Shown here piece after piece: positions 29,912 to 39,890 of a stretch of DNA of 44,182 bases. Under the pieces are notes generated by a model. That model was not told the DNA's origin. It searched no databases and saw only the letters and a list, made by a program, of their open reading frames with translations. This DNA is from an uncultured Thermoprotei archaeon (GTDB lineage Archaea; Thermoproteota; Thermoprotei; Thermofilales; B15-G2). Within the stretch, counting starts at the first letter, position 1. Every line of letters starts with the position of its first letter. Location of the stretch: NCBI GenBank assembly GCA_965367815.1, contig CBDUKN010000021.1, positions 1-44,182 of the forward strand, given 5' to 3'. Made by a program: the position numbers and the translations under genes.

Positions 29912-30671
29912 CTCTCTTCATTAAATTAAATAACATATTCTTTATTTCTTTTCCTCTAGTGGACGCCCACAGAATGTATGCTTCATCAATATTGTTGCAC
30001 TTAAATAAATACTCTTCAATGAACTTTACATATTCTTTAACAAGGAAAATTATTTCTTTTTCTGAGAGAAGCTTGTTTACGCAGATAAGGACTTCTATAG
30101 GCATAGGAATATAGTCTTTAGGAACAATAATTCTAGCTCCAGTCTTCTTCAAATATTTTAAAACACTCTTGTTGCAGTATTCAACTAGTATAATAGCTTT
30201 ATCAAGTGTAAGCTTGTTAAATACACTAAAATCGGCCTCAAGTTCTGAGGAACTTACTTCGCTTAAAAACTCTTTCCAGTATTCAACATCTATTTTTCTG
30301 CTTACAATGACTCTAGCCACTAAAGCTAGTAGTTTTTCAATGTAATTTACTTCAGCTAGCTCAGTGTCTAAGCTCTTGTAACACACTAGCTTAATTTCTT
30401 TTATCTTTATAATTATTTTTAATGTATTATAAATAGGCTCAATATAATGGTATCTTTTTCTATAGACTTCAGATAATCCTAAAAAATTCAGCATTTCTTT
30501 TAAAAACTCTTCAAAAGACTTATTTTCTGAAAGAAACTCGCTCAAAAGATTTTCTATTTCTATAGGGAGAGGTAAGGCAATATAGCTGAAGTCTTTTTCA
30601 AAAAGCTTCTCGCAGATCCTGCTGGAGAAAATCTTTATTCTAGGAATAACATAAACTAATAGACTGTTCAT
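29862..30671 (-). CDS. hypothetical protein
   Basis: 269-aa ORF. Confidence 0.7.
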   Translation of the reverse strand: MNSLLVYVIPRIKIFSSRICEKLFEKDFSYIALPLPIEIENLLSEFLSENKSFEEFLKEMLNFLGLSEVYRKRYHYIEPIYNTLKIIIKIKEIKLVCYKSLDTELAEVNYIEKLLALVARVIVSRKIDVEYWKEFLSEVSSSELEADFSVFNKLTLDKAIILVEYCNKSVLKYLKKTGARIIVPKDYIPMPIEVLICVNKLLSEKEIIFLVKEYVKFIEEYLFKCNNIDEAYILWASTRGKEIKNMLFNLMKRANFSLELSSFEGLSSL

Positions 30672-30682
30672 TCCTAATATAG

Positions 30683-31831
30683 ATGACTATTGGAGTGAGA
30701 TTAATGGCTTACTTTATTTACACTCATGAGTACATGAAATACAATTTCGGCGAAAATCACCCGCTTTCACCTAAGAGATATTATTTAACTTATACTCTCC
30801 TAAAATCATATGATATTGAGGACTCAATTAGAGTACTCGAACCCGCTGACTACAGTGAAAATATACTTGAGTTAGCTCATAGCAAAAAGTACATAGAGTT
30901 TGTTAAAGAGAATTCGCGGCAAGGATATGGTTACTTAGATTACGGCGATACTCCGGCTTTTAAGGGATGCTTTGAGGCAGCATTTCTTCACGTAAAAGGA
31001 ACTCTTACTGCAGTCGAGAAAGCTCTAGAGACAGGAGATCCCTCTTTTAATATAGCTGGTGGATACCATCACGCTAAAGAAAATAGCGCCAGAGGATTCT
31101 GCATATTTAATGATGTCGCTATAGCTGTTAAATACTTAGAAGAAAAAGGCTTCAATAAAGTAGCTGTAGTAGATACAGACGCTCATCACGGAGATGGAAC
31201 ACAGGAAATACTCTACAGAGACCCTGTACTGAAAATAGATATTCATGAAAGCGGCGAGTACTTGTATCCTGGAACAGGATTTGAGCATGAGCTTGGCGAA
31301 GGCGATGGATACGGCTTTATGATAAATATTCCTTTACTGCCTTATACAGGTGACAAAGAATACCTTAAGATAATAGATGAACTAGTTTTACCTTTACTAA
31401 ACTGGTATAAGCCTCGCGCTATTATACACCAGCTAGGTATAGATACTTATAGAGCAGATCCATTAACTCATCTAGCCTTATCAATCAATGTTTATGAAAA
31501 AATAGTTGAGAAAATTATGCTAACTGCAGAAAAAATAGGATCCTTTTACATAATAGTGGGAGGAGGAGGCTACAACTTATACGCTGTTCCTAGAGTATAT
31601 GTTCTAGTCTTGGCGAAAATAGCTAAAAAATATTTAAGTGAAGAAATTCCTTTAGAGTGGATTGAACTATATGAAAAGAATGTAGGAAAACCAGCACCAA
31701 GACTTCTTCATGAAGACAATATCTCGGGAAGACAGCCTTCCGAAGACTTCACTGGAACCTATGTACTTAGTCTTATAAACAGGATTAAAGATAAGCTTGA
31801 GGAAATTCATGGAACAATTTTTCACAGTTAA
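30683..31831 (+). CDS. AcuC / histone deacetylase family protein
   Basis: HPLSPKR, GGYHHA, GFCIFND, DAHHGDG and GGGGY motifs. Confidence 0.92.
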   Translation: MTIGVRLMAYFIYTHEYMKYNFGENHPLSPKRYYLTYTLLKSYDIEDSIRVLEPADYSENILELAHSKKYIEFVKENSRQGYGYLDYGDTPAFKGCFEAAFLHVKGTLTAVEKALETGDPSFNIAGGYHHAKENSARGFCIFNDVAIAVKYLEEKGFNKVAVVDTDAHHGDGTQEILYRDPVLKIDIHESGEYLYPGTGFEHELGEGDGYGFMINIPLLPYTGDKEYLKIIDELVLPLLNWYKPRAIIHQLGIDTYRADPLTHLALSINVYEKIVEKIMLTAEKIGSFYIIVGGGGYNLYAVPRVYVLVLAKIAKKYLSEEIPLEWIELYEKNVGKPAPRLLHEDNISGRQPSEDFTGTYVLSLINRIKDKLEEIHGTIFHS

Positions 31832-31955
31832 ATTATTCCATACTTTTACTTAATTAGTTGCAAAAAAGAATACATCAAATAACCAATTAATCTGTAAAAG
31901 CTGTAATATTTATGTATATAAGAAAGCTTATATTTTTCTTTCAGCATATTTTATT

Positions 31956-33110
31956 GTGAAGAGTTTAATGGAAATAAAAGAATACATTGAAAGATTCACA
32001 GAAGAAGTATTTGACGAGAAGAATATTAAAATATTGCATTATCTTCCTGAGAATCCAAGGAACTTCGCTAAAATTTCTCGCTTAGCTAAGCTTCCATATG
32101 AAACTACTAGATCTAGATTAATTAAATTAATTAAAGAAGAAAAGGTTCTTAGAATAACAGCTAATGTAGACTACTATAGGCTAGGATTAAGTATATACAC
32201 GGTTATCGCTTCAGCTCAGCCTTATCTTATTTCAGAAGCAAAAGATCTTCTTAAAACAAAGTATACTCTTAGCATAGTTAGATGCTATGGTGAATGTAAT
32301 GGATATCTCGTAGATTTTTGTTTCCCTGTAGGTAGGGAGGAAATTTTACTAAATTACTTGTCAAAGCTAAGAGAATCAGAAGTATTTACACGAATGCTTA
32401 TTTTCAAGAGAACCCCCTTTAAAATAAATAGAGTAAACTTTCTAGAGTACTACGACTTAGCTTCACATAAGTGGAAGGTAAATTACCTTGATTGGGCTGA
32501 AGAAGTTCTTTCGGCAAGTATTTCAAGCGAAAAAGTTCCTTTCGAGGGGCCCCGTATAGCATTTTTTGATTCAACAGATCTAGTTATTTTAAGAGAGCTT
32601 GAGGTAGACGGTACTAAAGACTTCGTAGATTTGGCTAAAATCGTCGGAATAACTCCGCAAGGCGTAAGGTATCACTACTATAGACACGTAGTAGGTAAAA
32701 ACCTCATAGACGGCTACGATATATCGATTTACCCCTATCCTCCGCTACTTACTACAAATTTAGCTGGAATAATAAGCTTTAATGGATTCGATGAAATGTG
32801 CCGCTACATAAACGCTACTTATGGAAAACCCTTCTTACACGCCTATGCTAAAATTTTCGGCGAAAACAAACTATTAGTTTACATGCGAATACCCTCTGTT
32901 AGCATAAATGAATTTTATGAAGCACTAGATTATTTATGTGCTAATAAAATTATTCAAGGATACTTTTTAGCACGAGTAAATGAAAGAGGTCTTCAAAAAT
33001 ACATTGACTTATATAGAAACTATAGTGAAGGAGAATGGCTTATAGATGAAAACGAATTCTTAAGTAAAATAGAAAAAGCGAGAAGTCTTACAGGAATACG
33101 AATACTTTAA
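31956..33110 (+). CDS. tandem Lrp/AsnC-like HTH regulator
   Basis: two wHTH + effector-like units (NPRNFAKIS...; FDSTDLVILRELEVDG...). Confidence 0.7.
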   Translation: MKSLMEIKEYIERFTEEVFDEKNIKILHYLPENPRNFAKISRLAKLPYETTRSRLIKLIKEEKVLRITANVDYYRLGLSIYTVIASAQPYLISEAKDLLKTKYTLSIVRCYGECNGYLVDFCFPVGREEILLNYLSKLRESEVFTRMLIFKRTPFKINRVNFLEYYDLASHKWKVNYLDWAEEVLSASISSEKVPFEGPRIAFFDSTDLVILRELEVDGTKDFVDLAKIVGITPQGVRYHYYRHVVGKNLIDGYDISIYPYPPLLTTNLAGIISFNGFDEMCRYINATYGKPFLHAYAKIFGENKLLVYMRIPSVSINEFYEALDYLCANKIIQGYFLARVNERGLQKYIDLYRNYSEGEWLIDENEFLSKIEKARSLTGIRIL

Positions 33111-34839
33111 TTATCTTCTTGAAAAATAATACAGCTTCTACAACAACTACTACCATAAATAAACATACACTAGCTATATATGCATTAAAGTAAAAAACTT
33201 TCTCTTCTTCAAGCTTAGGTAACTCTACTTTAAGCTCATATATTCCATTTTCTAAATAATTAATTCTTTTCTTTAAGTACTCGTTCTCATCTAAGATCTT
33301 TCCTATACTTTCATTGATATTCGCAACGTCAGCTTCTAGTAATATAACAGTGTTATTTAATTTGCTAACAATTTTTCTTAATTTTTTAATAGTTTCATTA
33401 AGATATGATATCTGACTAGAAAATAAAATATTTTTGCTTCTAAGACACCTAATGCAAAATACATCACTGAAATTAAATAGTTTCATAAAGCTATGAAATA
33501 AATCTCCTTTGAAACTATAAATAAGTACTATAACCGAATATTCTTCAAAAGATTGTACACTACTTAAATTAAAGTCTATTTTCAGTAAGTAGCTGCACTC
33601 TTCTTCAAAAGGTATTCGTGAATCATAGTTTTCTGACTTTAAAAATAAGCCTTCTACGTAATATTTTTCTCTAGTTAAACAGGTATAAGAGAATTCACCT
33701 ACCCAGCCTAACCCTGTTTTATCTACTCTGAACAAGTAGTCTATTCCACTTAATGAAATATTCTCGTTAACTAAGAATACTGCCTTACACAATACATGGA
33801 TATTTTTATTCAATTTTGTAGTGACTTCAAGTTTCCATATAGCAGAAGTCACAGTAACGAATGAATTAGATTGAGGGAAAGTTAATTGAGGAAGAAGTAA
33901 AATCACTAATATAGCTAGTTTTCTGCATCTATATTTTATTGAACCTGCTATGAGTAATAAACTGGCTAGGAGAAATATAGCTGTCTTTAACTTATAGCTA
34001 TTTACTTCTTTAACAATATTTTCTTTCTTTGAATAAAGTTTTTTGTATTCTTTCTCAACTTCACTTAAATTGTTTTTAAGGTAAACATTTATTTTATTTA
34101 ATGTATCTAATTTTTCTAGCAAACTTCTTCTAGTATTGTTTAACTCTACTATCTTATTTTCAAGAATTTCTATTTCTTTTTTCAGCGCTGAAGACTCGTT
34201 AAGTAAGCTTTCAAAAATACTTTTATAATGTCTATTTTTGTACAGGAGTTTTTCATAATATTTTACTTCATTTAATGCCCTATTATAGTTTTCTTCATAG
34301 AATCCTATTTCCTTAGAATAGTTTACAATAACTGAAAAAACATACATTCTTGAAATGAGGTTTTCTGAAGATAAGTGTTTTCCATAAAGCTCTACTACCA
34401 GTACTAGTATTCCATTACTCTGAGGGAGCTTTACTTTGAATGTTTTCTTGAAATTTGTTTCGTTAGCCAGTATTTGGGCAAAAAACTTTCTTGAACTATC
34501 TAAAAACCAGCTGTTTCTGTATGTATCACTGAATCCTATTAATATTAAGTAAGTTGGTGCAGGTTCTCCTAGGTATTCTTCTACTCCGTTCCATGAATAT
34601 TCTACTGTAATGTTAATCTGTGCTCCTGGTTTTCCGTATACTGGATACCATAGGATTATGTTTCCGAAGGGTATTCGCATGTAATCTGCTTTTATTTCAT
34701 GTCTCCAAAAGAGACTTCCATTAATGAAGTAAAGTTCGCGCAGTGCCCACGGGCTTTCAATTAGCTTAAGTGGACGAGGCTTAGAGAGTACACTAGGCAA
34801 AATAATTAGCAGAGTAAGTAGCAGCAGTGTTTTTCTCAT
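33088..34839 (-). CDS. membrane protein with two beta-domain + coiled-coil + TM modules
   Basis: signal peptide, two coiled coils each followed by a TM. Confidence 0.7.
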   Translation of the reverse strand: MRKTLLLLTLLIILPSVLSKPRPLKLIESPWALRELYFINGSLFWRHEIKADYMRIPFGNIILWYPVYGKPGAQINITVEYSWNGVEEYLGEPAPTYLILIGFSDTYRNSWFLDSSRKFFAQILANETNFKKTFKVKLPQSNGILVLVVELYGKHLSSENLISRMYVFSVIVNYSKEIGFYEENYNRALNEVKYYEKLLYKNRHYKSIFESLLNESSALKKEIEILENKIVELNNTRRSLLEKLDTLNKINVYLKNNLSEVEKEYKKLYSKKENIVKEVNSYKLKTAIFLLASLLLIAGSIKYRCRKLAILVILLLPQLTFPQSNSFVTVTSAIWKLEVTTKLNKNIHVLCKAVFLVNENISLSGIDYLFRVDKTGLGWVGEFSYTCLTREKYYVEGLFLKSENYDSRIPFEEECSYLLKIDFNLSSVQSFEEYSVIVLIYSFKGDLFHSFMKLFNFSDVFCIRCLRSKNILFSSQISYLNETIKKLRKIVSKLNNTVILLEADVANINESIGKILDENEYLKKRINYLENGIYELKVELPKLEEEKVFYFNAYIASVCLFMVVVVVEAVLFFKKIIKVFVFL

Positions 34840-34866
34840 TTATTATTTACTGCTGGCTAAAAGCTA

Positions 34867-36141
34867 TTAGAATGTTTGCTTCGCTAGTAGTTCTACTAAC
34901 TCCTCTTTATGGCGCCGCACTAGCTCTAGTAAAGCTTTAGAGAGCTCAGTATAAGATGCTTTTATTCCTGTTAGCTTCTTTACTTCAGCAAAAAAGTCTT
35001 CTTTCTCGGCTTTACTATACTTCATTAATAGCTCGGATACTTCGGCTAGTTTTTCTGAAGAAAAACCTATGTTTTCGAATACTATTAAACCCATTTCCTC
35101 TATTTCGCTTTTTATGTTAGGAGGTACTTTTGTTCTGGTTACTAGAATCATTTCATCGGGATTATAGAAGTTTTTATAGAGCTGTACAAGCCTATATTCT
35201 TTGACTCTCCAGCCCTTCCTAGTCTCGCTTTTAGTCTCATCGACTGTTTTCTTTAAGCCCATCGCTTCCCCTAATCCCTCAAGAAGTCCTTTAAGCCAGA
35301 GAAAACGCCACTCTTCAGCAGACATTGCTTTAGCCCACCATCCCCTAAGGTCTCTGCTGCGCTTATACCAGTCTTTTAGTTCTTTGCACTCAATTATTAC
35401 GTCAGGTTTCTTTACTGGAGGCATTTTGTCTAAATCAAGTATGTTCATTACACTGCCGCCGTAGACCATGAAGTCTGGTCTAAGGCATACATAGAGCTTC
35501 CATATTTTCTTCAAGTCTCCTGAGTCTTCCCAAGCAATGGGCCTCGGAGCTTCGATAAAGAAACTCAGTCTACCTCCACTTCTGGTTTCGACAATACAGT
35601 TGGGCGGTATAATTCTTATTTTCTGTCTAGCGTTTCTTTCTAAGTAAAGGTATCCGTGCTCAGGGTACACTATTCTGCCTTCCTTAGCTAAATACTCTAT
35701 GAGACTTAGGAAAACCCATGTCTGGTAAATAGTCCTCATATTTGTTCTAAGAGAAGTCCTAATAGCCGCTGATGCTTTAGCAATAAACTCTTCTAATGTA
35801 AGATTCCCTGCAAACAAGTCGAAAGTATACACAAAAATCTTTTTCTTCAAGTGTTCTAAGGGGTCTTCAATAAAACTTCTTAATTCGCGTGTAAATGTAA
35901 CTCCTTCTAACTTTAGCTCCTCCTTTACTTCATCTACTTTAAGCAGCAAGTATTTAACCCATTCCTCCGCCTCTTTTACTGCCTCAGTACTTACAACGCT
36001 GTAAAGAAACTTTTCTCTGAAAACATCAGTTTGCATTAAGAAATACTGTTGCTCCAGCTTGCTCATTTTTAATATGTGTCTTTCACCTATTTTGAGCCGC
36101 TCCTTTAAGTCTTCGTAAATACTGATCCACGAATCATCCAT
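34867..36141 (-). CDS. PD-(D/E)XK-like nuclease-fold protein
   Basis: IYQTWVF...LRPDF...VIIECKE...VQLY pattern. Confidence 0.55.
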   Translation of the reverse strand: MDDSWISIYEDLKERLKIGERHILKMSKLEQQYFLMQTDVFREKFLYSVVSTEAVKEAEEWVKYLLLKVDEVKEELKLEGVTFTRELRSFIEDPLEHLKKKIFVYTFDLFAGNLTLEEFIAKASAAIRTSLRTNMRTIYQTWVFLSLIEYLAKEGRIVYPEHGYLYLERNARQKIRIIPPNCIVETRSGGRLSFFIEAPRPIAWEDSGDLKKIWKLYVCLRPDFMVYGGSVMNILDLDKMPPVKKPDVIIECKELKDWYKRSRDLRGWWAKAMSAEEWRFLWLKGLLEGLGEAMGLKKTVDETKSETRKGWRVKEYRLVQLYKNFYNPDEMILVTRTKVPPNIKSEIEEMGLIVFENIGFSSEKLAEVSELLMKYSKAEKEDFFAEVKKLTGIKASYTELSKALLELVRRHKEELVELLAKQTF

Positions 36142-36174
36142 TCTAGGAAAATTTTAAAGAAAACCTAAATTAAT

Positions 36175-37137
36175 TTAATCTCTTAGCTCTCTTCTGGGCT
36201 TTTCTAGGCCTAGAGCTAGAGCAACTGCGCCGTAGAGCACTATATCTCCTCCTAGGGGAGTAGCTTTGATTTCAGGCGGCCTGTTAATAATATAGTCTTT
36301 TACGGCTTCCTGCAGAGGATCTATTATGTAATCCTTATTGTTTAAAGCAACACTACCTCCTACTGTTATTAGGCTGGGGTCATACATGTCAATTATGTTA
36401 GCAAAGCCTATGGCGTTGAACTTCTGTATTAGCTTAAGAGCTCTTAAAGCAAACTCGTCACCCTGCCTTACTGCATCAAAAAAGTCTTTGGCAGTGAAAT
36501 CTCCGCTTAGAACTGTTTCTTTGACACCCCACTCTTCTTTAAGTAGCTTAACGAAACGCGGAATACATCTGCCTGAACAATAGGCTTCCCAGTGTCCTCT
36601 TTTGCCGCAGCTACATTCTAGCTTGCCGTACGGATCTATTACTGTGTGTCCTGGTTCGCAGAAATTGCCGTCTTTTCCTAAAAGCAAGTACCCGTCGACA
36701 TATGCTCCTCCGCCAATACCAGTACTTATTGTCACGTATACTATATTGTCTTTGCCTTTACCTGCGCCAAAATGCTTTTCGCCTACAACGGCTGTAGTAC
36801 AGTCATTAAGCATTCTAACAGGCTTACCAAACTCTTTTTCAAGAGGCTCTACAATAGGTATTTCCTCAAAAGGAAGATTAGGTGTCTTCAGAATTACTCC
36901 TCTCCTTAAGTCAAGAGGCCCTATTGCTCCAACACCTATTCCTGCAACCTCTCTTAAATCAACTCCACTTTTAGTGAGAGCTTCTTTAATCATTCTAATA
37001 ATCTGAGCTGTAACATTCCATCCTGTGCCCTCATGGACAGTATGTTCACTTATTTTTACTAGAAATTCACCATTCTCATCAGCTACTACTACCCTAAGAT
37101 TTGTAGCGCCTAAATCAACGCCCACTGCATACATCAA
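36175..37137 (-). CDS. ROK family sugar kinase (glucokinase-like)
   Basis: GVDLGAT, NDC, STGIGGG and EPGH...CSCGKRGHWE motifs. Confidence 0.92.
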   Translation of the reverse strand: MMYAVGVDLGATNLRVVVADENGEFLVKISEHTVHEGTGWNVTAQIIRMIKEALTKSGVDLREVAGIGVGAIGPLDLRRGVILKTPNLPFEEIPIVEPLEKEFGKPVRMLNDCTTAVVGEKHFGAGKGKDNIVYVTISTGIGGGAYVDGYLLLGKDGNFCEPGHTVIDPYGKLECSCGKRGHWEAYCSGRCIPRFVKLLKEEWGVKETVLSGDFTAKDFFDAVRQGDEFALRALKLIQKFNAIGFANIIDMYDPSLITVGGSVALNNKDYIIDPLQEAVKDYIINRPPEIKATPLGGDIVLYGAVALALGLEKPRRELRD

Positions 37138-37307
37138 CCAAAATAACCAGATGTTCTAAAAATAACTTTGCTTTCATCTAAGTAGACCTACATACAGATC
37201 TTTCCATATTCTAGTTGAAAATATTGCAGGAGTAAATTACTAGAATCTCTGTCTGAAAATGAGCGAAAGCATGTACAGAGTCTAATAGACTCTGTTTTTA
37301 GGTGAAC

Positions 37308-37958
37308 TTAAGTAGATTTCTGTTTAATTTTCTTGCTTTTATTTTGTTTAAGATGATTTATACTCTCTTTTATTGCTATTTCAACTGCTTTCTGGCTTAA
37401 ATGTAGACACATGCTTGGAGCATTTTTCTCTACTGCCTGCTGCGGCGTGTAAGGTATATGAATGAATCCTGAAATAGTTTCTAGTTTATGTGTAGCTATT
37501 GTATGTAAGGAAATATACATTGCGCAGTTACAGAGAAATGTTCCAGCAAAATATGATAAGGCTGCCGGTATTCCCTCTTTTTTCAGTCTCTTCACTATTC
37601 TTCTAGTAGGTATTGTAGCGAAGTACGCCGCAGGCCCTCCTGGTACTATTGGCTCGTCTCTCGGCTTAAATCCATCTACATCTCCTTTCTCAGTGTCCAT
37701 GAGGTTTAACGCTACTCTCTCTACGTATACTTGATGAGAGCGAGGAGCTAGTCCTAGATGTATTGCTATGGTCGGCCTATGTTTAAGTAGTATTTCAGGC
37801 AGCTCTTTTATTACTCTTCTAAAAGATACTGGTAAAACAACTCCTATTACTCGATAGCCTTCTATTACGACATTATTTAGCTTTAAGGCTATTTCAGCTG
37901 AAGGATTATATTTCTCGCTTCCCCATAGACTAAAACCTGTTACAAGTACTTTCGTCAT
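37308..37958 (-). CDS. pcp: pyroglutamyl-peptidase I
   Basis: VLVTGF, NPS, VERVA, AGTFLCN and GFIHIP motifs. Confidence 0.93.
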   Translation of the reverse strand: MTKVLVTGFSLWGSEKYNPSAEIALKLNNVVIEGYRVIGVVLPVSFRRVIKELPEILLKHRPTIAIHLGLAPRSHQVYVERVALNLMDTEKGDVDGFKPRDEPIVPGGPAAYFATIPTRRIVKRLKKEGIPAALSYFAGTFLCNCAMYISLHTIATHKLETISGFIHIPYTPQQAVEKNAPSMCLHLSQKAVEIAIKESINHLKQNKSKKIKQKST

Positions 37959-38254
37959 GTAGCCTCAGCCCTATAGAGAAGTTCCCTGTACTCAGGGTGC
38001 TTGTCAATATAGTGTTTTGCAAAGGAGCACAGAGGATGTACTTTAAGGTTTATTGACTTAGCGTATTCTAAGACATGCTTCATTAATGTTGAAGCTATTC
38101 CACGTCCTCTCAGCTCAGGCGGAGTATATGTTTCCATAATCATTAAAACTCCGCGTCCTCTGTGAATATAGTACTTGAGGAACGCTTTTTTGCCTTCTAG
38201 CTCAATATAGAATTCTCCTCCATCTCCGCTTACACTATGATTTACTTGATACAC
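37955..38254 (-). CDS. small GNAT acetyltransferase (YjdJ-like)
   Basis: TPPELRGRGIA and PLCSF motifs. Confidence 0.85.
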   Translation of the reverse strand: MYQVNHSVSGDGGEFYIELEGKKAFLKYYIHRGRGVLMIMETYTPPELRGRGIASTLMKHVLEYAKSINLKVHPLCSFAKHYIDKHPEYRELLYRAEAT

Positions 38255-38341
38255 TACAGTAGCCCCACTGACTAGTATATAACACTACTCTATTAATTAC
38301 AGTGTAGGAAAACTTATTTTACGGTCTACGTTGTAGGCTAC

Positions 38342-38614
38342 GTGAAGAGAATACATGCTTATGTAAGCGGAATTGTTCAGGGTGTAGGATTCCGGTACTT
38401 TGTTTACCGCCACGCTAAAATGCTAGGACTTAAAGGATTTGTACGAAATCTGCCTGACGGTAGAGTAGAAGTAGTAGCTGAAGGAGAAGAAGAAAACTTA
38501 CGTAGACTAGTATCGCTTTTATGGCAAGGACCTGTAGGAGCATATGTTAAAAACGTTGAAGTAGAGTGGAGCGAAGCAAAAAATGAGTACAGCGACTTCG
38601 AGATAATATGGTAA
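38342..38614 (+). CDS. acyP: acylphosphatase
   Basis: VSGIVQGVGFR and GFVRNLPDGRVE motifs. Confidence 0.95.
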   Translation: MKRIHAYVSGIVQGVGFRYFVYRHAKMLGLKGFVRNLPDGRVEVVAEGEEENLRRLVSLLWQGPVGAYVKNVEVEWSEAKNEYSDFEIIW

Positions 38615-38619
38615 ATAAA

Positions 38620-38674
38620 TCAGTTAGCCGCCACCTCATCACTACTCAGCATCGGAGTTGTCTTAGTTCATCAT
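38620..38674 (-). ncRNA. box C/D sRNA
   Basis: minus strand reads ATGATGA-actaagacaactccgatg-CTGA-gta-GTGATGA-ggtggcggctaa-CTGA. Confidence 0.85.
38650..38660 (+). repeat. 11-bp direct repeat CATCGGAGTTG (also at 41806-41816)
   Basis: exact match; both copies are followed by an antisense box C (TCATCA). Confidence 0.8.
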
Positions 38675-39446
38675 CTTAAGTTCTCTGCTATATTTATGTT
38701 AGTCTCTTAAATTTACTAACCATGAAGATATATATGTTTAGTAGATTTAAGAAAATAAAACAAAAATATTTCTATCCAGACAAATTTGATACTTTATTTG
38801 ACTTAACTATTTTATGTTTAAGCTGTGTTCGGATAAATATCTGAATGTTTTTAGTAGAAGTTGAATATTTTTTCAAAAATATTTTGAAAACATACTAGAA
38901 AAACTATGGAATAAATACATTCACTTAAATCGCGTAGATCATTTTGTAGAAAAACATAGTCAGAGTGATTTAATAAAAAATAGGTGTGCTATTATCGTGT
39001 TTCAAAACTAAAATAATGATTCTATTACAATATTTTTCAAATAATTCTCTCTAGGAAATAACATTTAATTGGTCTTGGCGAGAAATATTGCGTGGATATT
39101 TTAGCAGAGTGAAGTTACTAGTATTTTTAAAAATAATTATAATGGTTTATTTATTTTATAGTCTAGCACTTAAAGAATGTGACTGATAAATTCAATATAT
39201 TTTAAGGAGTTTATTTTAAAAATGTAGGAGGCTTAGTCTGTGAAGAGTGAGCGTATTTGATTCCATATGCTTATTTTGGGTTCTTCTATCCACCATCCGC
39301 CTATAACAGTAAGTATTCCGTGAAACGAGTCCACGATAACTCTTCTCGCTTGATACCTGCGGTTTTCGAGTTCAATTGATTAAAGATTAGTAGAAAATAC
39401 TGCTTTGTGCAAAATTCTGATATAGAATATATGCTAAAATATCGTG

Positions 39447-39870
39447 ATGAGAAAAAGAACTCTACTCCATTATTAGAGAAAAGTTCGAAGAACTCTTTAA
39501 ACTGAAAGGTTTTAAGGAAGTATATCTTGAAGAAACTCATACTGGAAAATTCAGCAATAAACTTAAAGAAAAATACCTGATTACATGCACATAGTATTTG
39601 TTTTTCTCAATGAAATAGCACCAGATATAACAGGCTTTGTTGAAAAGAGTACCAGGGATTTACTTCAACAGAATTTGTTGTAATTGAAGTCAAAACAAGA
39701 AAATAAAACTTGACCACATATACCAGGTCAAAAAGTACGCCGAACTACTTAATGCAACCTATGCATTTCTAGTATCAACAGAGAAAATACCAGTAGAAAT
39801 AAAAAGGCTATGTAAAAAAGTTTACTCGATCTTCTTGGCAAATGGACTACAAGAGAGTACACAATAAAGT
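39447..39870 (+). pseudogene. PD-(D/E)XK restriction-like nuclease, multiply frameshifted
   Basis: joined frames give EKELY...IAPDITGF...VVIEVK...IYQVKKYAELL. Confidence 0.65.
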
Positions 39871-39890
39871 ATTTATTTTTGATAATATAT

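Noticed and set aside
36338-37734. Short antisense ORFs inside well-supported genes (here and throughout the ORF track)
   Set aside because: Shadow ORFs overlapping motif-supported genes on the opposite strand or frame
38624-38635. Assignment of sRNA guide targets (e.g. GGTGGCGGCTAA to 16S rRNA)
   Set aside because: Complementarity to remembered consensus is only partial; it needs this organism's rRNA/tRNA sequences
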